From Candidatus Omnitrophota bacterium (lineage in GTDB: Bacteria > Omnitrophota > Gorgyraeia > Zapsychrales > Zapsychraceae): a stretch of 64,000 bases of DNA. The stretch covers positions 91,484 to 155,483 of the forward strand of contig DATDQB010000020.1 of NCBI GenBank assembly GCA_035292445.1. Reading direction: 5' to 3'. Below the pieces are notes generated by a model. It saw only the letters and a list, made by a program, of their open reading frames with translations. It made no database searches and had not been told where the DNA came from. Shown piece after piece: positions 1-9,423 of this stretch (positions are counted from its first letter, which is position 1; every line of letters starts with the position of its first letter). The position numbers and the translations under genes are program-made.

Positions 1-920
1 GATTTTGCCGTAATGTAATGCAGCCATTCGGCATTAGGCTTTTCAATCGCTTGGGTTGTAATATTAATGATTTTCCCGTATTTCCGCTCCGCCATAATAG
101 GGACGACGCATTTTTGGATATTAAAAATCCCTTTAATATTCATATCAAGGTGTCCCTGAATATCATCCCATTTCAAATCGCTGAGTTTAATGTTAGGGAT
201 GTCTTTTGCGGCGCAATTAACAACAAGAGTGATTATCTGAAATTGGCGACAAATCTTATTTACCATTTCCTCAACCTGTTGAAAATCGACAACATCTCCA
301 TTAACCACAATGGCCTTTCTTCCTAAGCCGATAATCTGTTTCTGAATTTCTTGAGCAAGAGCTTTGTTTTGATGATAATGGATGGCAATGTCAAACCCAT
401 CTTTGGCTAACTGTAAACACACTTCCCGGCCGATACCTCCGGTCCCTCCGATAACAAGGGCAATACGCTTATCATCTTTCTTATCTTTTGCCTTCGAGGG
501 TACGGTCTTCTGTTCGACGACCTTGACCTTAGCCGTCCCGGTCGTGACTTTTTGGTTATTTTGATTAAAGATATCCGTTTTTAATTCAATCGTTCTTGTT
601 CTTTCAATCTTATTAAGAATTTCTACTTTGACCGTTATGGTATCACCCACTCTGACGGGAGACAGGAACTCCAAATTTTGGGAAAACCATACCGCTCCGT
701 CCCCCGGCAGTTTTGTGCCGATCACCGTAGAGATAAAAGAAGCTCCCAGCATGCCGTGAACAACGGGTTTCTTATAAGACGTTTTTCCGCTATATTCCTT
801 GTCCACATGGATCTTATTGTCGTCACCGGTCAACTCAACAAACTGGTCAATATCCGATTGAGTGATTTTATGCCGAAGTTCGGCCTTATCGCCAATCTTT
901 AATGATTCAAATCTGTTCAT
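1..920 (-). CDS. MaoC-like dehydratase / SDR reductase fusion (3' end outside window)
   Basis: Absent from the ORF track; translated by hand from ATG 920: MNRFESLKIGDKAELR...GDDNKIHVD...VHGMLGASFIS (hot-dog fold), then ALVIGGTGGIG (Rossmann) and YITAK (SDR YxxxK) at the window edge. Confidence 0.85.
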   Translation of the reverse strand, partial: MNRFESLKIGDKAELRHKITQSDIDQFVELTGDDNKIHVDKEYSGKTSYKKPVVHGMLGASFISTVIGTKLPGDGAVWFSQNLEFLSPVRVGDTITVKVEILNKIERTRTIELKTDIFNQNNQKVTTGTAKVKVVEQKTVPSKAKDKKDDKRIALVIGGTGGIGREVCLQLAKDGFDIAIHYHQNKALAQEIQKQIIGLGRKAIVVNGDVVDFQQVEEMVNKICRQFQIITLVVNCAAKDIPNIKLSDLKWDDIQGHLDMNIKGIFNIQKCVVPIMAERKYGKIINITTQAIEKPNAEWLHYITAK

Positions 921-950
921 GTTATATTAGCCTCATTGGAGGTTTTGTTA

Positions 951-2069
951 TTAAGTTTTATAAAAAGACCTGCTCATTTCAATTACCCGTTCAACATTTT
1001 CCAATGGCTGAACCGGGCCACAGGGTAAATACATCCCCTGCTGACTAAAAGTAAGAGAATTTGGCATATCGTCTTGTTTGCCCAAATACCCTGAAATGTC
1101 TAGGCTCGGCGGAACCGGACGGACTTGAATGCCTTCTGAAAGTAAATACTTAATAAGCTCTTGTCTATTCGGGCACAAAACTTCGGCATATAGCGGAATC
1201 TCCCCTTCTGAAACATTAATAGGAATGACCTTCAAAAAAGATGAATTCTTTAAGCCTTCTGCATATCGCCCGTATACTTTCTTTAGATGAGCAACCCGTT
1301 CCTTGACACGCGCCAACTGCACCAGCCCGAATGAGGCCAACAGATCCGTGAATTTAAAATTTAATCCCATTTGGTTCCACGTGTCTGTAAAGTTATCAAC
1401 GACACCATGATTTTTCATCAATTTCATCTTTTCATACAAATCTTTCCTTTTCGTCACGACAAAACCGCCTTGCCCTGTCGATATGAGTTTGCTGACACCC
1501 AAAGAGAAACATCCAATATCCGACTGAGTCCCCAGGAATCCATCGGCATTCTTTGAATAAAAGGCTTGAGCCGCATCTTCGACCACGGACAAACCATGCT
1601 CCTTAGCGATATTTTGAATCTCCCGCATATTGACGGCCCGGCCATTAAGGTGGACAGGCATGATGACTTTTGTCTTTGCCGTGATCTTACTTCTAAGCAA
1701 TGATACATCCATAATAGGAATGTCGGCTCGGACATCAACCAGTTTGACCTTTGCCCCAACCATTAAAGCAGCATGAGCGGTGGCGATCCAGGTACGGTTA
1801 GGAACGATGACTTCATCATCCTGCCCGATACCTAAAGCCATAAGAGCAAGAAGAAGCGCAACACTGCCGCTGGTCGTCATCACGACATAGGGAATTCCCA
1901 GAGTTTCAGCCAGCTGTTTCTCAAGTTTTTGGGTCAGGGGGCCTTCACTAATATGCTCATTAAGAACAGCCTCCCTTAGACTTTGCACTTCCTCATCCGT
2001 GAAGGATGTACGCCACCAGGAAATCATCTGTCGTTGTTGATATTGAATATTGGTTTCCATTTTTTCCAT
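951..2069 (-). CDS. DegT/DnrJ/EryC1/StrS sugar aminotransferase
   Basis: EDAAQ, FSLGVSKLISTGQGG PLP-lysine motif. Confidence 0.92.
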   Translation of the reverse strand: MEKMETNIQYQQRQMISWWRTSFTDEEVQSLREAVLNEHISEGPLTQKLEKQLAETLGIPYVVMTTSGSVALLLALMALGIGQDDEVIVPNRTWIATAHAALMVGAKVKLVDVRADIPIMDVSLLRSKITAKTKVIMPVHLNGRAVNMREIQNIAKEHGLSVVEDAAQAFYSKNADGFLGTQSDIGCFSLGVSKLISTGQGGFVVTKRKDLYEKMKLMKNHGVVDNFTDTWNQMGLNFKFTDLLASFGLVQLARVKERVAHLKKVYGRYAEGLKNSSFLKVIPINVSEGEIPLYAEVLCPNRQELIKYLLSEGIQVRPVPPSLDISGYLGKQDDMPNSLTFSQQGMYLPCGPVQPLENVERVIEMSRSFYKT

Positions 2070-2070
2070 T

Positions 2071-3354
2071 TTAAATTGAGTTGGATGTTGCCATCATTTG
2101 CTTCGAATCCTGATTGATCACCATAAATTCCGGTTGAGGCACAATAAATTGCCCGCCATTGTTTAAATATTCTTGATGTTTTCTGATAATCGATTCCTGA
2201 TATCGCCATGCCAGGATCAAAACATAATCCGGATTTTTCTCATATAAAACATCTGAGCTCATTACCGGAAGATGGTGTCCCGGTGTATAAAGGTCGAACC
2301 TAGCCGGATTGTCATCAACGATAAGGCTCAGATAATCAGCTAATTCGAATAAATAAATCAGGGTCGTTACACCCACAGAGGCACCGTATCCTGCGATTGT
2401 TTTTCCTTCCGATTTAATTCTTTGACAAAGGGTCAGTAATTTTCTCTTTAATTCAAATACATCGTTAGAAAAACGTTCATAGGTCTCTCCTGAATTAATC
2501 CCATAATCCTTCTCATCATCGATCATTCGATCGACCGAAGAAGAAACCTTGTGAGCGGCATTCTTAACCCTCGCGAAACAACGCAATGAGCCTCCCTTTG
2601 AAGAAATACGCTCGACATCTGTCAATACCATCCCATAACGGTTAAACAGATTTTGCAAAGATAGCACGGTAAAATAAGATAAATGTTCATGATAGATCGT
2701 ATCGACAAGCCGATATTTTATAAGGTCCGTTCCATAGCCTGTTTCAAAAACAAAATATCCGGAAGGATCCAGTACCGTCTTTATTCCATTGATAAAGGCT
2801 CCTAAGTCATCTATATTGGCAAAAACATTATTGGCCGTGATAATTTTTGCGCAGCCGCGTTTCTGTTTTATCTTCTGTGCAAGAGAAGGTGAGAAATATT
2901 CCTGCCACGTTTCGATCCCCGCCTCTTGTGCATGCTGCGAGGCCTTAGGTGCGGGATCTATGCCCAAAACGCTCAGCCCCTGTTTCTTAAAAAACTTCAA
3001 CAAGGTGCCGTCGTTACTTCCGATATCAACAACCAATTGCCCTGCCAAAGGCTTAACCTTATTAATGACATCATCGGAATATTCTTCAAAGTGCTGAACA
3101 AGACCTTTTGAAATGGAGGTCTCATAAATATAATTGCCGTACAAAATGGTTGGATCAACGACTTCCATTAATTGAATAGCCGTGCATTGCCGACAAATAA
3201 ACAGATCAAGGGAATAAGATTCCTGCGATTTATTAAGATTATCGGCTGTGACATACGAATCCCCTACCGGGGTCGAGGGCATCTTCAGCGCACACTCGAG
3301 ATTCCGGCTGTTACAAATTCGACATGTCTTTCGTTTGATTACGCTGTGACCCAT
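2071..3354 (-). CDS. NDP-hexose C-methyltransferase family (Zn-binding N-terminus, class I SAM)
   Basis: CRIC...CRQC, DIGSNDG, YHEHLSYF, LILAWRY. Confidence 0.88.
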   Translation of the reverse strand: MGHSVIKRKTCRICNSRNLECALKMPSTPVGDSYVTADNLNKSQESYSLDLFICRQCTAIQLMEVVDPTILYGNYIYETSISKGLVQHFEEYSDDVINKVKPLAGQLVVDIGSNDGTLLKFFKKQGLSVLGIDPAPKASQHAQEAGIETWQEYFSPSLAQKIKQKRGCAKIITANNVFANIDDLGAFINGIKTVLDPSGYFVFETGYGTDLIKYRLVDTIYHEHLSYFTVLSLQNLFNRYGMVLTDVERISSKGGSLRCFARVKNAAHKVSSSVDRMIDDEKDYGINSGETYERFSNDVFELKRKLLTLCQRIKSEGKTIAGYGASVGVTTLIYLFELADYLSLIVDDNPARFDLYTPGHHLPVMSSDVLYEKNPDYVLILAWRYQESIIRKHQEYLNNGGQFIVPQPEFMVINQDSKQMMATSNSI

Positions 3355-3370
3355 TGTACGAGAATCCTTT

Positions 3371-3925
3371 TTACCTAAATACCTTTAAAGCGCTTTGTTT
3401 CTCTTTAGATTCACTCACATACTGCGTTAATTGACGCATATAGCTTGTGACCTTTTCAGCCTCTTTCTCGTCCGGAGCCCAGGGGGCAAATAGTGTTTCT
3501 TCTCGCCGAAAAGGCCCTTTGGTCGTCTCATGAAAGACCAAAAAGTCCGAATAAATCAAAAGCGTATGGTACAAAGGTCTATTTAATCGGTAATAAAAAT
3601 TTAAGTCCGATGCATAATCGCCCATCGGGATTATCTCTTGAATAACGCCTTCTTCACCAAACATAACAACATCAACCTGCCCTTCCATGACATGAAACGA
3701 TTCCGATTTTCCAAGGTGCTTGTGGGGTCGGACATAGGTGTCCTTCGTGTGAATAATCAGCATTTCATGCAACGTATCCTCCACATCCCGATGCGAACAT
3801 AAACGGATCCGTTGGCGCGGATTTCTTAAAGCCTCTTTCTTCAGGAAATCAATATCCGCGGCAGATACCCGCGTGATCTCTTCATCCGTGTAAAGAACCT
3901 CATCATTGAATTTCTTGAATTTCAT
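3371..3925 (-). CDS. WbuC-family cupin metalloprotein
   Basis: R-R-C-H, YVRPHKH, ESF, ETTKGPF motifs. Confidence 0.85.
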   Translation of the reverse strand: MKFKKFNDEVLYTDEEITRVSAADIDFLKKEALRNPRQRIRLCSHRDVEDTLHEMLIIHTKDTYVRPHKHLGKSESFHVMEGQVDVVMFGEEGVIQEIIPMGDYASDLNFYYRLNRPLYHTLLIYSDFLVFHETTKGPFRREETLFAPWAPDEKEAEKVTSYMRQLTQYVSESKEKQSALKVFR

Positions 3926-5133
3926 GGCCGCGCTTCCACTGGATTTAATTGCAGGGCGTGTTTGCTTCCCGGGAAAATGGAAGCAAATGTGCCTCCCTGC
4001 TCAAGGAACGTTTGATTGAGTTTCATGACCTTTTCTTCACTCAAAGGATTCAGACTTAAAAGGCATAAATTGATTTTTTCCTTTATTAACGCTGCTGATT
4101 TATAAATAGGCAGACCACAACCGGCCATGAAAAGCCCTGTTTTGTTAGGATCGTCATCGACAAAAAATTCAATCAAGCCTCGCAGCTCGAACATGACGAC
4201 ATACGTGCAAGCCAAATGTCCTGCTCCGAAAAGGGCAATCTTTCCGGTATTTTTTCGGTAATCGCTCAAGAATTCCCTTAACTGCTTTTTGCGGACAGGA
4301 AAATTGTCGACGAACCTTTTCATGCGTAAAAATTCCGTCTGTGGAACCGATGTAAACTGATTCTTTTCTTCTCTGAGCTGACATATGCTGACCAACGAAT
4401 TTTCAAAAGGATAAGGATAATTTTCAAAACCGGCCAGGGAAAGGCCTAAATGACCGAACGTCCCTCTAAAAGTTTCAGGGGTAAAGTACAATGTATGTTC
4501 TTCCCAAAGGGTCGTGTAATCCAACAAATCAATCGCCCGCGAACAATCCGGGACTTCAAAAACGATATAGCCGTTGGGGCTTGTCAAAATTTTAAGCGCT
4601 TCCACAAATGAATTGATGTCGTACACATGCTCTAGAATATGACGCGCGATAACCACATCAAAACTTCCTTTTTTGCTTCTTATATCCCGAGCTCTCTGCG
4701 GTGTGAGCCGACCCTGAATCGTCTCGACCCCGGCCCCTTTAAAATCAATACCAAGATCATTCTTCATGTCCAAGCGGTAAATTTTTTTGTACCCTTTGTT
4801 TTCAAAACGCTGTAAGGTGGAGTCATCCTTAAAGGTAACTCCGCAAAATGTTGAACCTGTATGAATCCCGGGAAGTTTTAAAATCTTCTCCACCATGCCA
4901 TCAAGATGCGGTTCAGGCTCGTTGTACTTGATCCAGTCATAGGTTGGGACCAACTTCGGCGCCGGAACGCTTTTTGTCAGCTGAACCGTTGAGCAATGGC
5001 CGCACTGCCCCAAAGCCAGAGAGAATGTTTCTTCCTGATCATGCGCTTTCTTCTTGTAGCGATTCGAGATCGGAAAACTCCCGAAATCAATCATTTCCTT
5101 AAGCTCATTTTGGGCGCAAATACGGCAGTTCAT
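3922..5133 (-). CDS. Second, diverged C-methyltransferase-family protein
   Basis: CRIC...CGHC, RHILEH, FEVPD, EEHTLYF; SAM motif I degenerate (GVTFKDD). Confidence 0.75.
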   Translation of the reverse strand: MNCRICAQNELKEMIDFGSFPISNRYKKKAHDQEETFSLALGQCGHCSTVQLTKSVPAPKLVPTYDWIKYNEPEPHLDGMVEKILKLPGIHTGSTFCGVTFKDDSTLQRFENKGYKKIYRLDMKNDLGIDFKGAGVETIQGRLTPQRARDIRSKKGSFDVVIARHILEHVYDINSFVEALKILTSPNGYIVFEVPDCSRAIDLLDYTTLWEEHTLYFTPETFRGTFGHLGLSLAGFENYPYPFENSLVSICQLREEKNQFTSVPQTEFLRMKRFVDNFPVRKKQLREFLSDYRKNTGKIALFGAGHLACTYVVMFELRGLIEFFVDDDPNKTGLFMAGCGLPIYKSAALIKEKINLCLLSLNPLSEEKVMKLNQTFLEQGGTFASIFPGSKHALQLNPVEARP

Positions 5134-6011
5134 GTTTTTATCAATTCCTGTTTATGTATTTCATACATTAGACGAATACCCTCTTTCAAAGTAGTAAATG
5201 AACGATCACCAACAATTGATCTTAATCGTTCATTGTTAAAGGCGTTATCGACCTTTTCCTTGCTACGCGGCCGGGAGGTCACCTTTAATTCGCTTTGAAG
5301 CGTCCGGGAAACTTCCTTAAGAGCATCTCTGAATGAATAGCTTTTCCCGCTGGCAACATTTACCACGCCGCCGTAATCAGACGTTATGATTTTCTGAACA
5401 ATCTCGACAATGTCATCAACATAAATAAACTCCCGCAATTCGCTGCCATCGCCCCATAATGTGATTTCCTTGCCGGCGATGGCAGACTGCAAAAAGCCAC
5501 TTGGCCCATAGGCATTCGACATATCACCTGGCCCGTAAATCGTCGCCGGCCGCAAAATAACCAGCGATTTTTCGGCTGCTTTCCATAACAGCCGCTCCGA
5601 ACTGAACTTCGCCATGCCGTAATATGACCTGGGATTCACCGGCGTCTCTTCCGTGATCTGAAGGCTGTGCACATCTTCCCCATAAACCGCGGCGGAACTG
5701 AAATAAATGAACCGCTTCACCGGATTCTTTTCAAGGACACGGCAAAGATTGGTCGTCATCAGCATATTCTTTTCATACGCTTCCAAGGTATCGCCCATCT
5801 GACGTTTGATAAAAGCGCACATAATAACAGCAGTTTGACGGTCAAGGACATTGGCCAGTTGGGCAGCCTGGTCAATACGGGTCAGGTCCATCTGCGGCAA
5901 GTCGTACCCGACCACCCTTGTTTCAGAGAATCGTTGACGGAAACTCTCTTCTAAATGAGCTCCAATAAACCCACCGTTTCCTAAAATGATTATCTTTCGA
6001 ATCTCATCCAT
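5130..6011 (-). CDS. NAD-dependent epimerase/dehydratase/reductase
   Basis: GNGGFIG, SSAAVYG, YGMAK. Confidence 0.88.
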   Translation of the reverse strand: MDEIRKIIILGNGGFIGAHLEESFRQRFSETRVVGYDLPQMDLTRIDQAAQLANVLDRQTAVIMCAFIKRQMGDTLEAYEKNMLMTTNLCRVLEKNPVKRFIYFSSAAVYGEDVHSLQITEETPVNPRSYYGMAKFSSERLLWKAAEKSLVILRPATIYGPGDMSNAYGPSGFLQSAIAGKEITLWGDGSELREFIYVDDIVEIVQKIITSDYGGVVNVASGKSYSFRDALKEVSRTLQSELKVTSRPRSKEKVDNAFNNERLRSIVGDRSFTTLKEGIRLMYEIHKQELIKT

Positions 6012-6014
6012 CCC

Positions 6015-7112
6015 TTAACTCTCCATGGCGATGATACACCGCCCCATTTGCCCGCTGCGCATCGTTTCAAGGGCCCGGTTGATTTCAGCTAAACGGAATT
6101 CATGGGTAATTAGGCCGTCGAGCTTTAATTTTCCTTGGCCGTACAACCGGATCAGGCGTGGAATCTCAATATGTGGGTCAACACTGCCGCCGTGCGATCC
6201 TTTTAAGATCTTCTTGAAATGCAACGGAAGCGTGTAAATCGAAACGTTATCTCCCTTTCGCGGGACGCCCACCAGAATGGTCTTCCCGTCCGCATGGGTC
6301 AACTCATAAGCCTGCTCAATGACCCTGGCATTGCCTGTTGTATCGATCACCACATCCGCCCCCTTACCGCCGACCACCTGCTGGATGCGCGCGTTCAGGT
6401 CTTTTGTTGTCTTGGCATTAAAGGTCTGGGTTGCGCCAAATTGTTTTGCCAGATCCAATTTTGAATCGTGAAGATCGATCGCAATAATCTCACCGGCTGA
6501 AACCATCTGGGCTGCCTGCACGATATTCAATCCCACGCCTCCCACCCCAAAGACAACCACTGATTGGCCGATCTTTACTTGGGCGTCGTTGTTGATGACC
6601 CCCATCGCGGTTGTCACCGCGCAGCCGAATAATGGGGCAAGCTTCAGGTCAAAATCCTTCGGGATGGCCGTAAGGCGGTTCTCCGAAACAACGGCGCGTT
6701 CATTAAAGGTCGTCACCCAGCCGGCGTTAACAGTCCTTTCCCCCCATTTGTACTTGGGCGGTTCGCACTGCAAGCCATCACTCGGCCGCCAATGCATGAC
6801 AACATGGTCGCCCACAGCGACCGTTTTGACGCCCGGTCCTACGGCTTCAACTATCCCTGAGCCTTCATGCCCCAACAGATGCGGCAGGAATTTGTCCGGC
6901 CCCTTCGCCCCTTCGATCTCATTTATTTGGGCCCCGCAGATCCCGCTATAACAGACCTTTACCAGAACTTGTCCGAAAGAAAGCTCCTTCGGCAATTCAA
7001 TGTCAGCCACCACCAGCGATTTATTCAGTTCAACCAAAATGGCTGCCCTGGTTGTCTTCACAGACTTGATATCCTGTGTCTTTAACGTTTCATTCGAAGT
7101 AGATAAACTCAT
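6015..7112 (-). CDS. Zinc-binding (MDR) alcohol dehydrogenase
   Basis: GICG, LGHEG, GCAVTT, GVGGVG; start placed at ATG 7112 (MSLSTS). Confidence 0.88.
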   Translation of the reverse strand: MSLSTSNETLKTQDIKSVKTTRAAILVELNKSLVVADIELPKELSFGQVLVKVCYSGICGAQINEIEGAKGPDKFLPHLLGHEGSGIVEAVGPGVKTVAVGDHVVMHWRPSDGLQCEPPKYKWGERTVNAGWVTTFNERAVVSENRLTAIPKDFDLKLAPLFGCAVTTAMGVINNDAQVKIGQSVVVFGVGGVGLNIVQAAQMVSAGEIIAIDLHDSKLDLAKQFGATQTFNAKTTKDLNARIQQVVGGKGADVVIDTTGNARVIEQAYELTHADGKTILVGVPRKGDNVSIYTLPLHFKKILKGSHGGSVDPHIEIPRLIRLYGQGKLKLDGLITHEFRLAEINRALETMRSGQMGRCIIAMES

Positions 7113-7752
7113 AGTCCCCCGTGTAACCAAAATGTTTGTAGAGCCAGACCCATTCTTCTTTGTCAAAGAACGATTCGCACGTCAGGGCCCAGCACTGTAA
7201 GTTAAACAATTCTTGTTCATTTTTGTAGCTTTCCAGCATGATATATTTGTTTTTCCCGACCCGCTCGATCTCATTAATGGCTGTTTCCAATTCAAAGATG
7301 CGCAGATTATGCAAACAACCTAACGTGATCACCAGGTCAAAATGTTTGTCATCAAAAGGGTAAGGATCCTGGGCGCGGTGAATACGCAAGTACTTTCGAA
7401 TTTCTTGTGGTGCATCAGCTATGCCGTGCCTAGAGATATCAAACCCCACCACTTCTGAATCAGGCAGTAATTTCTTCAATTCAAAGAGAAGATGCGCTTT
7501 GCCGCAACCGACATCGAGAATTTTAGCGTCCGCTTTTAGGTTGTAATAATCGATAAGTTTTTGCGCGACAACACTCCATCGCCCGTCATATTTATAACCG
7601 CCATAACCATAGCGCCGGTCGCCGTCCCAGTAATCAAACTCATACTCTTTGGCCTTGAGCATGCAATGGACCTTCTCATCAACCATGCGGTCGATGTATT
7701 TGCGCGGCGTCCTTTTATGCAGCGGCGTTACAAAATCTTGTAATGAACCCAT
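7090..7752 (-). CDS. Class I SAM-dependent methyltransferase
   Basis: YWDGDRRYGYGGY, LDVGCGK. Confidence 0.88.
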   Translation of the reverse strand: MGSLQDFVTPLHKRTPRKYIDRMVDEKVHCMLKAKEYEFDYWDGDRRYGYGGYKYDGRWSVVAQKLIDYYNLKADAKILDVGCGKAHLLFELKKLLPDSEVVGFDISRHGIADAPQEIRKYLRIHRAQDPYPFDDKHFDLVITLGCLHNLRIFELETAINEIERVGKNKYIMLESYKNEQELFNLQCWALTCESFFDKEEWVWLYKHFGYTGDYEFIYFE

Positions 7753-7783
7753 TTTTGAAAACTCCTTGTAAACTGCCTAATGA

Positions 7784-7839
7784 AATAACCAATAACCAAG
7801 ATGCAAGGTACAAACAATAACCAATATTCCAAATTTCAA
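7784..7839. repeat. Left arm of heptamer-periodic imperfect inverted repeat flanking the four-helix-bundle cassette
   Basis: aataacc aataacc aagatgc aaggtac aaac aataacc aatattcc aaatttc aa. Confidence 0.85.
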
Positions 7840-7844
7840 TTGTA

Positions 7845-8195
7845 TTAATTCTCCACCTTTTTAATTATCGCAGAAAGAATATTCCTAAGTTCTGCCGCTT
7901 CCTTCAATAACAATTTGATTTCAATTGATTTTTCAGAATTAGCTTCTGATATTAAATCAAGCCAATGATGACATTCTTTAGCTTCTCTACGGCTTATTCT
8001 CAACCTTTGCAAAAAATCGTTTTTTCCCAATGCATCGTTGGCCTCACGATAATTAGCTCCTACAGAACCACTAGAACCAACAACTTGACTAATTAAGCGG
8101 TCATTTATTGGTCCTCTTGGCAACACTTTACACATTCGAATAACTTCTTTTGCAAACTTAGTTGTCCGCTCTTCCAAATCAAAAATTCTTGCCAT
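7845..8195 (-). CDS. Four-helix-bundle protein (TIGR02436 / 23S rRNA IVS-protein / Avd-like fold)
   Basis: DLEERT.KFA...QVVGSSGSVGANYREA...FLQRLRISRREAKEC.HWL; own RBS GGAGGA before ATG 8195. Confidence 0.9.
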   Translation of the reverse strand: MARIFDLEERTTKFAKEVIRMCKVLPRGPINDRLISQVVGSSGSVGANYREANDALGKNDFLQRLRISRREAKECHHWLDLISEANSEKSIEIKLLLKEAAELRNILSAIIKKVEN

Positions 8196-8357
8196 CTTAT
8201 CCTCCATTTCACACTCGACGTTTTGCATTCTCTTTGAAAAATATTTAACGTTAATTTGATGTATTTCATGAAGCCATTCAAGCTTTCTCTTAACGGGAAT
8301 TTTCATAAAGCGGAGTAATCTTTCTTCATCGGTTTCCCAACTCCATGGATTACTCAT
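8196..8357 (-). CDS. Small 54-codon ORF segment in frame with the four-helix-bundle gene, no stop between them
   Basis: MSNPWSWETDEERLLRFMKIPVKRKLEWLHE; GGAG RBS upstream. Confidence 0.5.
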
Positions 8358-8390
8358 TTCAATGCTCCAATTTCAGTAATCAATTCCTGT

Positions 8391-8446
8391 TTGATTATTA
8401 GAAAATTGGTTATTGTTTGGTCATTGTTTCTTGTATCTTGGTTATT
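8391..8446. repeat. Right arm of the inverted repeat
   Basis: Reverse complement aataacc aagatac aagaaac aatgacc aaac aataacc aattttct aataatc aa; same unit register as the left arm. Confidence 0.85.
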
Positions 8447-8451
8447 TATCA

Positions 8452-9423
8452 TCATTGTTTGAACACCTCATATTCGGGCAGTTCCGCTATCGGTTTTTTC
8501 GATAAGCGAAGGTGCCGGATCGACTGAACAATTGCCTCCGGTGAAATCCCTAAATACTCCATCAGGCTGTCCTGCGATCCGTACCGGTCCGGAAAAACAT
8601 CCTGGATACCAATACGTTTAAATTTCTTGGGCTGTTCAAAGTTCGCCTCGGCAATTGCCTCGGCCACCGCGCTGCCGAGCCCGCCGATAACGTTGTGCTC
8701 CTCTACAGATATAATGATGGGGATGTCTTTGGCATGTTTAAGCAAGGCCTCCCTATCAAACGGTTTAACCGTATGCATATGCAGGATGGTGGCATCCAAC
8801 CCGTCTTCTTTGAGGTTCCCAACGGCTTCTAGAGCCAATCGTAAAGTGATTCCTGTCGTGATGATCAAGGCATCCCTTCCTTGGCCGCGAACGATGGCCT
8901 TCCCGATTTGGAAGGGCGCATCGTCATTGGTCACGATAGGATCAAATCCTTTGGCCAAACGGATGTAGATCGGCCCGGGATAATCAACCGTTTGCGGCAT
9001 GAGCCTGCGCATTTCATCGGCATCAGCAACCGCTACGATCGTCATATTAGGCACGGCGCGCAATATGGCAAGATCATCGATAGCCAAATGCGTCGGCCCT
9101 AATGGCGCATAAACAAGCCCGCCGCCATTGGCAATAAGGCGGACATTTGTCTTATGCAGCCCGGCATCCAGCACGATCTGTTCAAAACAGCGCCTGGATA
9201 AAAATGTTGCGATCGTGTTTGCGTAAACGATTTTTCCCTCCAAAGCCAAGCCGGCCGCTACGCTCACAAGGTTGGCTTCGCTCACGCCTTCGATGATAAA
9301 CCGTTCAGGCATTTCCTTCTTGAACTGTTTCAAGGTATCCACGCCAGGGTCCGAACCGATGAAAAATATGCGCTCATCTTGCTTGGCCAGTTGATATACC
9401 ATGTCTAAACATGTTTTACGCAT
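8452..9423 (-). CDS. Transketolase, C-terminal (pyrimidine-binding) subunit
   Basis: EGVSEAN, GPTHLAIDD, EEHNVIGGLG; start ATG 9423. Confidence 0.9.
   Translation of the reverse strand: MRKTCLDMVYQLAKQDERIFFIGSDPGVDTLKQFKKEMPERFIIEGVSEANLVSVAAGLALEGKIVYANTIATFLSRRCFEQIVLDAGLHKTNVRLIANGGGLVYAPLGPTHLAIDDLAILRAVPNMTIVAVADADEMRRLMPQTVDYPGPIYIRLAKGFDPIVTNDDAPFQIGKAIVRGQGRDALIITTGITLRLALEAVGNLKEDGLDATILHMHTVKPFDREALLKHAKDIPIIISVEEHNVIGGLGSAVAEAIAEANFEQPKKFKRIGIQDVFPDRYGSQDSLMEYLGISPEAIVQSIRHLRLSKKPIAELPEYEVFKQ

Noticed and set aside
7845-8195. 23S rRNA gene implied by the 'IVS protein' family name
   Set aside because: Flanks are protein-coding; I recognised no rRNA or tRNA sequence in the window
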